Assembly (NCBI GenBank): GCA_964245315.1
Contig: CAXTMK010000002.1
Coordinates: 29,231-93,230 of the forward strand
Length of the DNA stretch: 64,000 nucleotides
Source: an uncultured Acidobacteriaceae bacterium
Lineage (GTDB): Bacteria > Acidobacteriota > Terriglobia > Terriglobales > Acidobacteriaceae
Reading direction: 5' to 3'
Position 1 is the first letter of the stretch, and each line of letters begins with the position of its first letter. The position numbers and the translations under genes were made by a program. Below the pieces are notes generated by a model. The model did not search any database. It was not told where the DNA came from and worked only from the letters and a program-made list of their open reading frames with translations. This document shows, piece by piece, positions 36,876-46,495 of the stretch.

Positions 36876-37571
36876 TTACTGCCGCTTATAGTCCACAAAC
36901 AGATCCGGAAACTGCGCCATCAACGCCTTGGTCTTGGGAACGTCGCAGACCATGATGTAAGGATTGTTCGGATTCTTGACGGCGTAATCCTGGTGGTACT
37001 CCTCGGCCTTGTAGAAGGCCTTCAGCGGTGTAACCTCGGTCACGATCTTGCCGTTGAAGGCATGCGCCGCATCGAGCTGCTGGATGTATTGCTGCGCGAT
37101 CTTATGCTGCATCTCGCTGTTGTAGAAGATCGCCGAGCGGTAGCTCGTGCCCTCATCGTTGCCCTGCCGGTTCAGCGTCGTAGGATCGTGCGCGACAGAA
37201 AAGAAGATGCGCAGCAGCGTGCCGTAGGTGATCTTCGACGGATCATACGTCACCTGCACCGACTCGGCATGGCCGGTCGTCTCGGTCGTCACCTGATCGT
37301 AGGTCGCGGTGCTGGCGGCACCGCCCGAATAGCCCGCCTCGGTGTGCGTCACGCCCTTCACGCGCTGGAAGACAGTCTGCGTCCCCCAGAAACATCCACC
37401 TGCGAAGACCGCGATCTCCTTGCCCGGGTGCGCTGCCAAAGGTTCGTCGAACTGCGGCGCCACGATGGGCGTCGAACTGAGAGGTGCTCCTGCTGCCGCC
37501 ATACGCCTGTACCCCATAAAGATGACCGCTACGAGAAGCGTCGCCAGCAGTATCGTCTGATTCCGTGTCAT
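36876..37571 (-). CDS. msrA: Peptide-methionine (S)-S-oxide reductase, exported
   Basis: FAGGCFWG, TGHAESV, HDPT.LNRQGND.GT.YRS and AEEYHQDY. Confidence 0.95.
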   Translation of the reverse strand: MTRNQTILLATLLVAVIFMGYRRMAAAGAPLSSTPIVAPQFDEPLAAHPGKEIAVFAGGCFWGTQTVFQRVKGVTHTEAGYSGGAASTATYDQVTTETTGHAESVQVTYDPSKITYGTLLRIFFSVAHDPTTLNRQGNDEGTSYRSAIFYNSEMQHKIAQQYIQQLDAAHAFNGKIVTEVTPLKAFYKAEEYHQDYAVKNPNNPYIMVCDVPKTKALMAQFPDLFVDYKRQ

Positions 37572-37604
37572 AACAGCCTCATCCTGAGTTAGACGCAAAA
37601 TCCG

Positions 37605-38585
37605 TCACTTTGGACTGTAATATCCCTGCCGCGCCTGAACGGTCAGGTGTTTGACCTTCGGCTTCAGTTCGATCTTGTGATAACTCCCCGGCTGCGCCTC
37701 CGGCGGCGTATAGCCGAGCTGGTATTGCAGCCGCATATCGTCCGCGATCTGCGTATAGATCAGGTCCAGCGGCGTCTTCTGGGTCACGGTGAAGACATGC
37801 CCGCCGGTCGCGCTCGAAAGCTTCTCCAGCACGTTACGCCCGTCGTGATTGCCGCCGCCGTGCATGCCGTAACCTCCCCCGCCGCTCAAAAAGCCGCTCT
37901 CCTGCATGCTGTACAGCACCGAGTACACGACGATATCCGCGCGCTGCGCCGCCGCCACCGCCTGATCCAGGTTGTAGCGGCTGCCGTTGTCGTCGCCATC
38001 CGTCAGGATCACCATTGCGCGCCGTCCGCGCTCCCTGCCCAGCACCACCTGCGACGCGGCGATGATCGCGTCGTACAACAGTGTGCCTCCGCGAGCGTTG
38101 TAGCCGGCCTGATGCGGAATGGAAAGGAAGCTCAGCGCATTCGTCAGAGCTACGGTGTCGTTCGTCATCTTCTGCAGCTGCAGCACGTTGGTGTCGAACT
38201 GCACCAGCACGGCGCGGTCGTTTGGATTGGTCAGCATCACCTTGAAGAACTTGCGGCTCGCGTCGGTTTCATCCTCGATAAACATCTTCTGGCTGCCGCT
38301 GGTATCCACCATCAGCGCCAGCGTCAGCGGCAGGTCGGAGTCCTGCGAGAAGTAGCGAATCTCCTGCTCTTTGCCGTCCTGCTTCAGCACGAAGTCGTCC
38401 TTCGTCAGGCCCTTCACTGGCTCGCTATGGTTATCCAGCACCACTGCGGAGACGCCGACGATGCGCGTGCCGAGCTTCAGCGTGGTGATCGCCTGATCGC
38501 CGTTGGCGGGCACCGGCAAAGGCTCCTGCGCCGTCGCAGTTCCCGCAACGATCAGCATCGTCAGCCAGAGGAGAATCTTCACCAC
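37605..38585 (-). CDS. VWA domain protein (acidobacterial type)
   Basis: DTSGS MIDAS, T.LYDAI, ILTDGDD, L+.QY.LGY.P. Confidence 0.9.
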   Translation of the reverse strand: MVKILLWLTMLIVAGTATAQEPLPVPANGDQAITTLKLGTRIVGVSAVVLDNHSEPVKGLTKDDFVLKQDGKEQEIRYFSQDSDLPLTLALMVDTSGSQKMFIEDETDASRKFFKVMLTNPNDRAVLVQFDTNVLQLQKMTNDTVALTNALSFLSIPHQAGYNARGGTLLYDAIIAASQVVLGRERGRRAMVILTDGDDNGSRYNLDQAVAAAQRADIVVYSVLYSMQESGFLSGGGGYGMHGGGNHDGRNVLEKLSSATGGHVFTVTQKTPLDLIYTQIADDMRLQYQLGYTPPEAQPGSYHKIELKPKVKHLTVQARQGYYSPK

Positions 38586-38699
38586 GAAAACTCCGAAGAG
38601 AGGGTGAAGTCAGTGTAATCGACTCAGGCACGCAGTTGTCTTAAGCCGGCAGCTACCCCACTTAAGCTTAGAGCGGATTTGGACGGTATACAGGAAGAC

Positions 38700-38765
38700 A
38701 AAAGCAGATCCCTACGGGATGACAACAATTTGCTTTTGTTTGTCATCCCGTAGGGATCTGCTTTT
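38700..38765. repeat. Inverted REP pair (AAGCAGATCCCT family)
   Basis: AAAGCAGATCCCTACGGGATGACAA ... TTGTCATCCCGTAGGGATCTGCTTT. Confidence 0.85.
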
Positions 38766-38781
38766 CGCGGAATCGCGTGCC

Positions 38782-40740
38782 TTACGCGATCAACCGCGCG
38801 GCATCCGCCCGCTTTCTCCCCTGACTCTCCACGTACACGTGCAGCAGCGACACCGCCGCCGGCGTCACACCCGGCAGCCGGCTCGCCTGCCCGAGCGTAA
38901 GCGGCCGCACGCGCTCGAAGGTCTGCTGCATCTCGCGCGAAAGGCCGCTCACCGCGCGGTAGTCGAACCACGCCGGAATGCGCATCTGCTCGGCCCGCTT
39001 CATCTTGCCGATCGAGCGCAACTGCTGCGTCAGGTATCCCGCATACTTGATCTCCGTCTCGACTGCCCGCAGTTCGTTGCGCCGCGTAGCTCGCTCGAAG
39101 GGTTGTGCCGCTTCTTCCCATGTCTCAGAATCGAGACATGGGGCACCCCGATTGATAGCCAGATCGATTGGCAGGTCGAAGATCGAGACCTCCGGCCGCT
39201 TCAGAAACTCCGCCAGCGGCTGTCCGCTCAAATTTTCCGGGTTGCCATCGAGCTTCGCCAGCACGCCCGGCGACAGCTGCTTCGCATCCAGCCGCGTCGT
39301 CTCCAGCCGCTCCTTCAGCTCCGCCGCCCGCGCCTGCCGAGCCTCATAGTCCGCCCACGCTGCATCGTCGATCAAACCCAGCCTTCGGCCGTGCGGCGTC
39401 AACCTCCGGTCGGCATTATCGATCCGCAGATGCAGCCGGAACTCCGCCCGCGAGGTAAACATCCGGTACGGCTCGTCGGTCCCCTTGCTGATCAGGTCGT
39501 CGATCAGGATGCCGATATACGCCTCGGTGCGATCCAGGTGAAACGGAGCTTCGCCACGCACCGAAAGCGCCGCATTGATGCCCGCCATGATGCCCTGCGC
39601 CGCCGCCTCTTCGTACCCCGACGTCCCGTTGATCTGCCCGGCCAGATAGAGCCCCTGCATGCTCTTCACTCGCAGGCTGCGGTCGAGCTCGGTCGGGTCG
39701 ATGGCGTCGTACTCGATCGCGTATCCCGGCCGCAGCATCTCCGCGCGTTCGAGCCCCGGGATACTCGCGACCATCGCCGCCTGAATCTCCATCGGCAAAG
39801 AGGTCGACATGCCATTCACATACACCTCGTGCGTCGACAGGCCCTCCGGCTCCAGAAAAAACTGGTGCGCCGCCTTATCCGGAAAGCGCACGATCTTGTC
39901 CTCGATCGACGGGCAATAGCGCGGCCCAATCGCCTCGATCTGCCCCGTATACATGGGCGAGCGATGCGCGTTCTCGCGGATCAGCCGCATCGTCTCCGGC
40001 GTCGTGCGCGCGATGTGGCAGGCTATCTGCCTGAGCGGGATGCTGCGCGTGCGCAGGCTGAACGGCGTAGGCTCGTCGTCGCCGGGCTGCTCCTGAAACT
40101 GCGTCCAGTCGATAGTCCGTCCATCCAGCCGCGGCGGTGTCCCTGTCTTCAGTCGCGTCCCGCGCAGACCCAGCCGCTTCAGCGCCTCGCCCAGCAGCAC
40201 GCTGGCCGGCTCGCCGCTGCGCCCCGCCGAATACTGCTGCTCGCCGCAGTGGATCAGCCCATTCAGAAACGTACCGGTCGTAACGATGGTCGCCGCCGCC
40301 CGCACCTCGCGCCCATCCCGCAGCTTCAGGCTACGGACGCATCCATGGTCGATCAGCAGATCGACAACCTCAGCCTGCTTCAGGAAGAGGTTCTCCCGCG
40401 CCTCCAGCATCTCCTTCATGCGCACGCGATAAAGTGCCTTATCGCACTGCGCCCGCGGACTCCAGACCGCCGGCCCGCGGCTGGTATTCAGCAGCCGGAA
40501 CTGAATTCCCACCGAGTCCGCGACCAGCCCCATCACGCCGCCCAGCGCATCGATCTCGCGCACCAGGTGACCCTTCGCGACACCGCCTACCGCCGGATTG
40601 CACGACATCTGCGCGATCAGATCCAGGTTCAGCGTAAACAGCGCCGTGCGCAGGCCCATGCGCGCCGCAGCCATCGCCGCCTCGCACCCGGCATGCCCCG
40701 CCCCGACGATGACCACATCGTATTGTTCCGTAAAGCTCAC
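38782..40740 (-). CDS. mnmG: tRNA uridine-5-carboxymethylaminomethyl synthesis enzyme MnmG (GidA)
   Basis: [47 protein letters not shown]. Confidence 0.98.
   Translation of the reverse strand: MSFTEQYDVVIVGAGHAGCEAAMAAARMGLRTALFTLNLDLIAQMSCNPAVGGVAKGHLVREIDALGGVMGLVADSVGIQFRLLNTSRGPAVWSPRAQCDKALYRVRMKEMLEARENLFLKQAEVVDLLIDHGCVRSLKLRDGREVRAAATIVTTGTFLNGLIHCGEQQYSAGRSGEPASVLLGEALKRLGLRGTRLKTGTPPRLDGRTIDWTQFQEQPGDDEPTPFSLRTRSIPLRQIACHIARTTPETMRLIRENAHRSPMYTGQIEAIGPRYCPSIEDKIVRFPDKAAHQFFLEPEGLSTHEVYVNGMSTSLPMEIQAAMVASIPGLERAEMLRPGYAIEYDAIDPTELDRSLRVKSMQGLYLAGQINGTSGYEEAAAQGIMAGINAALSVRGEAPFHLDRTEAYIGILIDDLISKGTDEPYRMFTSRAEFRLHLRIDNADRRLTPHGRRLGLIDDAAWADYEARQARAAELKERLETTRLDAKQLSPGVLAKLDGNPENLSGQPLAEFLKRPEVSIFDLPIDLAINRGAPCLDSETWEEAAQPFERATRRNELRAVETEIKYAGYLTQQLRSIGKMKRAEQMRIPAWFDYRAVSGLSREMQQTFERVRPLTLGQASRLPGVTPAAVSLLHVYVESQGRKRADAARLIA
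39117..39148. repeat. GGGTGCCCCA-family REP inside the mnmG coding sequence
   Basis: CCCATGTCTC-AGAATC-GAGACATGGG-GCACCC; translated as [10 protein letters not shown]. Confidence 0.75.
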
Positions 40741-40793
40741 AGAACCATTTTACAATCCCGCCATTCAGACAAAGCGAACTCTCATAAGGATCC

Positions 40794-40836
40794 GGGTGCC
40801 CCATCCGCGCGACGGTTTCATCGTCGCAGGGTGGGG
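40794..40836. repeat. Intergenic GGGTGCCCCA-family REP
   Basis: GGGTGCCCCATCC-GCGCGACG-GTTTCAT-CGTCGC-AGGGTGGGG. Confidence 0.75.
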
Positions 40837-41031
40837 TATATGCGAAAGCCGACCTTTCCAGAATCTCTCATACGGCGCACACTCAGGGCGGGAACTGGGC
40901 CTTCGATGAATTTCCTGCGCCGCTTCGGCAATTCCCAACCCCATCCGGCAATCCAGCGGCCTATCCTCTCTGTCTGCCGTGGCCTGGATCCATTCGAGCA
41001 TACGGACGAATCTAATATCGAGGGCGAGCGG

Positions 41032-41886
41032 ATGCCGTATCTGGAACTGGAAGATGGAACCGAGCTTTACTTCAACGACTGGGGCTCCGGCACGCCCGTG
41101 ATCCTGATCCACGGCTGGCCGTTGTCGAGCGATATGTGGGAGCACCAGACGGGATTCCTGGTGTCGAACGGTTATCGCGTGATCACGTACGATCGCCGCG
41201 GCTTCGGCAAGTCGTCGCACCCCTACGACGGCCACGACTACGACACGCTGGCGGGCGATCTCGCCGAGTTGATCGACGAACTGGACCTGACCGATGCGGT
41301 GCTGGTGGGCTTCTCGATTGGCGGCGGCGAGGTGGTGCGCTACCTCAGCGAGTATGGCTCGGCGCGGGTAGCGAAGGCCGTGCTGATCTCGGCCGTGCCG
41401 CCGTTCATGCTGAAGACGGAGAGCAATCCCGATGGCACTCCGGAGGAGACGTTCGACGGCTTCCGGAAGAACATCCTGAAGGACCGCTTCGACTTCCTGA
41501 ACACCTTTGGGCCGCAGTTCTACGGGCGTTCGGCGATCAACCACACGGTATCGGAGTCGGTGCTGAACTGGACGTTTGCTCTGGGCGCGATGGCTTCGCC
41601 CAAGGCGACGCTGGATGACCTGACGGCATTTTCGACGACCGACTTCCGCGAAGAGATGAAGACGATTACCACGCCGTTCCTGATCATCCACGGCACGGGC
41701 GACAAGACGGTGCCGATCGATGCGGCCGGACGGGCTTCCGCGAAAATTCTGCCGAATGCGACATTGATCGAGTACGACGGCGAGCCGCACGGGCTGTTTA
41801 TGACCGTGCCGGATCGGCTGAACCACGACCTGCTGAGCTTCATCGGCGGCGACCGGAATACGGTGCCGAAGCTGGAGCAGATCTAA
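41032..41886 (+). CDS. Alpha/beta hydrolase, non-haem haloperoxidase-like
   Basis: ILIHGWPL, YDRRGFG.S, GFSIGG, IHG.GD..VP, PHGL. The upstream part of the 1055-aa track ORF is an antisense shadow of mnmG. Confidence 0.92.
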   Translation: MPYLELEDGTELYFNDWGSGTPVILIHGWPLSSDMWEHQTGFLVSNGYRVITYDRRGFGKSSHPYDGHDYDTLAGDLAELIDELDLTDAVLVGFSIGGGEVVRYLSEYGSARVAKAVLISAVPPFMLKTESNPDGTPEETFDGFRKNILKDRFDFLNTFGPQFYGRSAINHTVSESVLNWTFALGAMASPKATLDDLTAFSTTDFREEMKTITTPFLIIHGTGDKTVPIDAAGRASAKILPNATLIEYDGEPHGLFMTVPDRLNHDLLSFIGGDRNTVPKLEQI

Positions 41887-41950
41887 ACCGAAAACGACCG
41901 GCGGATTGAATGCGGATTAGCACGGATGAAGTCATATCGCATTATCCATG

Positions 41951-42880
41951 TCAATCCGCTTCGATCCGCGGTCGTCTTTTCAGCTCAAGGATGGCTGCTT
42001 TGACGCTGCCGGTTCGGTCGAGAAGTGTCTCCGCGGTTGCAGGGTCGCAGCCGGTTGCAGCAACGATAATGCGGCGGGCACGATCGATCAGCTTGGCGTT
42101 GGTGGGTTGAACATTCACCATCAGGTTGCCGAGAACCGCGCCCTGACGGATCATCACGCCGGTCGAGAGCATGTTCAGGACGAGCTTGGTTGCCGTTCCG
42201 GCCTTCATGCGCGTCGAGCCGGTGAGAACTTCCGAGCCGGTGGCCAGTTCGATTGATAGCTCAGCAAGTGCCGACATGCGGGACAATTCCGCGCCGCCAC
42301 CGGCGCAGGTCAGCGCGATGGTAAACGCTCCCGCTTTGTTGGCGCAGGCAAGCGCGCCGAGCACGTAGGGTGTGCGGCCGGAGGCGGCGATGCCGACCAC
42401 AGAATCCTGCGGTGTCACAGTGTGCGCTGCGAGGTCGTTGGCGCCGGCCTCGGGTGAGTCTTCGCTGCCTTCGGACGATTTGCGCAGAGCCGAGTCTCCG
42501 CCCGCGATAATGCCCACGAAAAGGTTGGGCGGAACAGAGAAGGTAGGCGGGCATTCGCTGGCGTCGAGCACGCCGAGGCGTCCGCTGGTTCCGGCGCCGA
42601 TGTAGAAGAGGCGTCCGCCCTGCACAAATCGTGCCGAGATGGCGTCCACCGCCTCGGCGATCCGCGGCAGGGCTTCGCGGACTGTGGCGGCGACGGTTGC
42701 GTCTTCGTCGTTGATGACGCGCAGCATGTCGAGGGTGGAGAGTTGGTCGATGTGCTCCGAACGAGGATTGCGCGCCTCGGTCGGAAGCTCCGCGAGCCGT
42801 TCGGGATCGTGCGTCCCTGGGTCAAACGATGATGCCGCTTGAGTTGGGGCACCCAAAGATGTTTGCTCAGTATCGGCCAT
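41951..42880 (-). CDS. murQ: N-acetylmuramic acid 6-phosphate etherase
   Basis: TE.RNP, GAGTSGRLGVLDASECPPTF, GSTRMKAGTATK. Confidence 0.96.
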   Translation of the reverse strand: MADTEQTSLGAPTQAASSFDPGTHDPERLAELPTEARNPRSEHIDQLSTLDMLRVINDEDATVAATVREALPRIAEAVDAISARFVQGGRLFYIGAGTSGRLGVLDASECPPTFSVPPNLFVGIIAGGDSALRKSSEGSEDSPEAGANDLAAHTVTPQDSVVGIAASGRTPYVLGALACANKAGAFTIALTCAGGGAELSRMSALAELSIELATGSEVLTGSTRMKAGTATKLVLNMLSTGVMIRQGAVLGNLMVNVQPTNAKLIDRARRIIVAATGCDPATAETLLDRTGSVKAAILELKRRPRIEAD

Positions 42881-42906
42881 AGATTCTTTACGGATTCTAA
42901 TCCGGG

Positions 42907-44328
42907 CTACACGCTCGCCAAAGTGCGTTCGCGTAACGGCGCGAGGCGAACCTCTTCGAGGTTGTCGCGATAGAACATGTTGTACGTATCGAACGGAATC
43001 AACCGCTTCCCGTCAGGGTGCGCGATGTGCACGCAGGTCTTCTTGATCGAGCGCAGGTCGAAGCTCTGGGCATCGATGAACTGCACGATCAGCACGCGGA
43101 ACAAGTTCTGGTAGCTGAGGTTCTGCGGAGCCAGCACCCTGGGCATGCAGCAGAGCAGCTCGCGCAGGCTGTTGGCCTGGCCCTCGGGCGAGTGGTTGGT
43201 GGAAAACAGCCGGAAGATGTGGTCGCGAATGGCCGGATCCTGTTCGTAGATGATGGTGTTGCGGCCGCCGTCGATCAGCACCTCGGGTGGGATCAGCCCG
43301 GTGAGCGGCAAAACCTTGCCGTCGATCTTGAGCGCGTACGCCATGGCGAGCGAGTCGGGATGGCAGGGCACCGGGATGAGGTCTTCGGGCTTGATGTTGC
43401 GGGTCTGTTCGAGGATTTTGCGGCGCACTTCAGTCAGCGTCAGGCGGTGCTTCGCGCGCTCGTAGCCCGCGGTGCGGCCGGCCTGCTGGACGGGCTGGAA
43501 GGTAATGCCGCGCACGCACGGCTGGGTAAGCGCGAAGTCCACCAGCGCGCCGAGTTCGTCGTCGTTGACGCCGCGCTCCACCGTGATGACGAGCGTGGTG
43601 GAGATGTTGTGACGGTTCAACGCTTCGAGCGCGCGGGTGCGGACGTTGCGCAGGTCGGCGCCGCGCATCTGCATCAGCGGCTCGCGCTTCAGCGAGTCGA
43701 ACTGCAGGTAGAGTTCGAAGCGCGGCATGTAGGTGGCGAGCCGCTCGACGAAGGCCTCATCCTGCGCGATGCGGATGCCGTTGGTGTTGACCATCAGGTG
43801 CTGGATGGGCCGGCGTTTGGCGGCGTCCAGGATTTCGAAGAACTGCGGGTGGATGGTGGGTTCGCCGCCGGAGATCTGCACGATGTCGGGCTGCAACTCG
43901 TTCGAGACGATGGCGTCGAACATCGATTCCACCTGCGCCAAAGGCTTGAATTCAGTCCGATGCGTGCCGCTTTCGGCGTAGCAGACCGGGCAGCTGAGGT
44001 TGCAGGCGTCGCAGATTTCGACCAGCGAGAGGCAGCTGTGCTGCTCGTGATCGGGGCAGAGGCCGCAGTCGTAGGGGCAGCCGTATTTGATGGGCGTGTT
44101 GTAGTGCGCGGGCATCTCGGGCGGCTTGATGAAGACCTCGCGGCAGCGGCGATAGTAGTCGATGTCGTCGGCGAGGAGCACGCGCTCGAAGCCGTGCTCG
44201 GGGCAGCGTTTGAGCATGAAAACGTTCGAGTCTTCGAAGACGATCTTCGCGTCGACGCGGCGGTAGCAGGTGGAGCAGATGGAGACGGCGGTGTCGTAGA
44301 AGAGATACGGGCGGACTTGCGCGCTCAT
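42907..44328 (-). CDS. Radical SAM protein (MJ0619/MptM-like family)
   Basis: CSTC..CPEHG, CPYDCGLC, CNLSCPVC, QISGGEPT, YLQFD, PCHPD. Confidence 0.9.
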   Translation of the reverse strand: MSAQVRPYLFYDTAVSICSTCYRRVDAKIVFEDSNVFMLKRCPEHGFERVLLADDIDYYRRCREVFIKPPEMPAHYNTPIKYGCPYDCGLCPDHEQHSCLSLVEICDACNLSCPVCYAESGTHRTEFKPLAQVESMFDAIVSNELQPDIVQISGGEPTIHPQFFEILDAAKRRPIQHLMVNTNGIRIAQDEAFVERLATYMPRFELYLQFDSLKREPLMQMRGADLRNVRTRALEALNRHNISTTLVITVERGVNDDELGALVDFALTQPCVRGITFQPVQQAGRTAGYERAKHRLTLTEVRRKILEQTRNIKPEDLIPVPCHPDSLAMAYALKIDGKVLPLTGLIPPEVLIDGGRNTIIYEQDPAIRDHIFRLFSTNHSPEGQANSLRELLCCMPRVLAPQNLSYQNLFRVLIVQFIDAQSFDLRSIKKTCVHIAHPDGKRLIPFDTYNMFYRDNLEEVRLAPLRERTLASV

Positions 44329-44567
44329 GGCTTTTCCTTTGGATCGGAGGTGAAGAAGACCAAGATCGCGGCGAGGAGGGAGCCGAGCAGGCCGAGTACG
44401 CCGGCGCCCATGCCGAGCAGCGAGAAGACGGCGAGGCCTCCGTTGTAGTGATTCGGCGCGCGAAGAGATATCCCGCAGAGGCCAAGCGAGACGATGAAGA
44501 TGACGGCGGAGACAGCGGCTGCTTTGCCTACGCCGTTGTATCTTCCGGGTTGGGGGTCTGGTTCCAT
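44325..44567 (-). CDS. Small two-TM membrane protein coupled to the radical SAM gene
   Basis: MEPDPQPG..., two hydrophobic helices, ATGA overlap. Start approximate. Confidence 0.55.
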   Translation of the reverse strand: MEPDPQPGRYNGVGKAAAVSAVIFIVSLGLCGISLRAPNHYNGGLAVFSLLGMGAGVLGLLGSLLAAILVFFTSDPKEKP

Positions 44568-44849
44568 CGGGGCTACCTCGTTCAACCAGAGTATGCCGGA
44601 TCGGTTTTGCGCGTGTGGAGACGGTGATGTCACTCTTTACCATCCCGTCTTCGGACGACGCCGTTAAGTATGCCGGAACGGCTTGTGCGTAGGGAGGCGA
44701 TTGTGTCACTTTCCACGCTGTAACAGCCGAGTTCTCACATATCCGATTCAGCTTATAATTGAGCGGCACCGGGTATAAAGTGTTGCGCCTGTCGTGCCAC
44801 ATCCGCCGGCAAGTTTAACTGGCGGCATTCGGGCGCACCATCTCCTCAC

Positions 44850-45662
44850 ATGCCTCTGCGAGTTCTCATCGTCGACGATGAACCACTGGCGCGGCAGGAG
44901 CTGCAATACCTGCTCGAAAGCGCCGGCGGCGTCGAGCTGCTCGGCACCGGATCGAACGGCATCCAGGCCGTCGAACTCATCCGCACCCACAAGCCCGACC
45001 TCGTCTTCCTCGACGTCCAGATGCCTGGCCTTGACGGCTTCGGCGTCATCAGGAAGCTGCTGGAAAAAAAGATGCCGCTCCCGCAGGTCGTCTTCGCCAC
45101 CGCCTACGATCAGTACGCCGTGCGCGCCTTCGAAGTCAATGCCGTCGACTATCTGCTGAAGCCCTTCGACCGCGGACGCGTCGGGCGCACGCTCGAAAAG
45201 GCGCGCTCCCGCATGCCGTTGGCCGAACCCGCCGGCGACTCCGCCACCACCGCCAAGCTCGACACGCTGCTGCGCCTGGTCGAAGAGGCCACCGCGCAGG
45301 CTCCTCCGCAGGCTCCCAAACCGAGTTCCGGACGCGTCGTCGTGCGCGCCCAGAACCGCCTGCTGCTGGTAGATCAAAAGGAGATTTGCTTCGCCGCAAT
45401 CGAGGAGGGCGCAATCTCCGTCACCACCTCAGCTGTCGAAGGCCAGTCCAACTGCCGCACGCTGGAGGAACTGATCGATCAGCTCGACCCGGACATCTTC
45501 TGGCGCGTACACCGCTCGTTCGTGGTCAACATCCAGCACATCCGCGAGGTGGTGCCCTGGTTCAAGTCCAGCTACCAGCTGCGCATGGACGACCCGAAGA
45601 AGACCGAAATCCCAGTAAGCCGCAACCAGACCAGGCGCCTGCGCGAGCTGTTCAATCTTTAG
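44850..45662 (+). CDS. LytR/AlgR family response regulator
   Basis: Receiver (VDDE, FLDVQMP, TAY, KPF) plus LytTR domain (F.RVHRSF+VN). Confidence 0.95.
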   Translation: MPLRVLIVDDEPLARQELQYLLESAGGVELLGTGSNGIQAVELIRTHKPDLVFLDVQMPGLDGFGVIRKLLEKKMPLPQVVFATAYDQYAVRAFEVNAVDYLLKPFDRGRVGRTLEKARSRMPLAEPAGDSATTAKLDTLLRLVEEATAQAPPQAPKPSSGRVVVRAQNRLLLVDQKEICFAAIEEGAISVTTSAVEGQSNCRTLEELIDQLDPDIFWRVHRSFVVNIQHIREVVPWFKSSYQLRMDDPKKTEIPVSRNQTRRLRELFNL

Positions 45663-45694
45663 GATCTCGCTGGATAAGGCGGCTTTGCCGTTCG

Positions 45695-45896
45695 GGATTT
45701 GCGTGGGGCTTCAGCCCCACGAAGGAAGCCAATGGAAGAAGCGGGCGTTAGCCCCGGTTTCGGCCGGCACACCAGGGGCGTAGCAGTAGAGTTCCGACAG
45801 GCGTACGGCGCACCGAACAAAAAGCAGATCCCTTAGGGAGTGACAACCAAGCCAGATCAGGCGAAATTGGTTGTCATCCCGGAGGGATCTGCTCTT
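45695..45896. repeat. Composite REP cluster (GGGGCTTCAGCCCC doublet plus AAGCAGATCCCT pair)
   Basis: Matches to both families, located between convergent genes. Confidence 0.8.
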
Positions 45897-45924
45897 GCCC
45901 TCTCATCTCCCGCCCCAGATCCCT

Positions 45925-46407
45925 CTAGTCGCGCTCCCAGAACGGCGGCGGCTCGATGCCAAGGGCGCGCAGGTAGACATAGCCTTCGCCGCGATGATGA
46001 ATCTCGTTGTCGATCGCGTACTGGATCATCTCCAACCCCGTCATCTCCCACTGCCCGAACGCCTTATCGACTTCGCTGAATCGCGCGGGCGGGATGGTCG
46101 AGAACTTCTCGTCCAGGAGCGCCGTTTGCTGGTCCCACAAGCTGAGAAGCTCGGCTTTCGTCTCTGGTTTTGCGGGCTTGAACTCCTCCCATTCTCCCGT
46201 CGCAACGCCCTCCACGAGTGGTCCCGTCATAACGATCAGTTCCAGCGCCATCTCGCGGAAGCTCCTCATTCCGCCTATCGAGAAATCGAACAATTTGTCT
46301 TCCGGGAAGGTCGCGATCGTTTTGCGTGTGAGCCGCCTGTGTCCCTGCCAGTTCGTCAGCAGGGCATTCGCTGTGATTACGTTGACCGATGCCGTTTCAA
46401 GTACCAT
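45925..46407 (-). CDS. DinB family protein
   Basis: F....GMRSF.E..LE...NEIHHRG..YVYLR.LGIEPP. Confidence 0.9.
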   Translation of the reverse strand: MVLETASVNVITANALLTNWQGHRRLTRKTIATFPEDKLFDFSIGGMRSFREMALELIVMTGPLVEGVATGEWEEFKPAKPETKAELLSLWDQQTALLDEKFSTIPPARFSEVDKAFGQWEMTGLEMIQYAIDNEIHHRGEGYVYLRALGIEPPPFWERD

Positions 46408-46456
46408 TTCACCCTCCGCGCCCAGTTGGGCATGCCGTCAGACTAACCAGCATTCC

Positions 46457-46471
46457 CGACAGCCCACGTCG
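46457..46471. promoter_or_regulatory. Putative WYL-regulator operator (CGAC-N7-GTCG)
   Basis: CGAC-AGCCCAC-GTCG between divergent dinB-family and WYL genes. Confidence 0.55.
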
Positions 46472-46495
46472 CTGATTCGGGAAATAATACAACGT

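Noticed and set aside
38719-41031. 1055-aa ORF suggesting a giant fusion to the alpha/beta hydrolase
   Set aside because: The N-terminal ~770 aa are the antisense shadow of mnmG; the real gene starts at ATG 41032 with its own RBS.
43018-44448. 476-aa ORF opposite the radical SAM gene
   Set aside because: Antisense shadow with Arg/Ala/Gly-biased composition.
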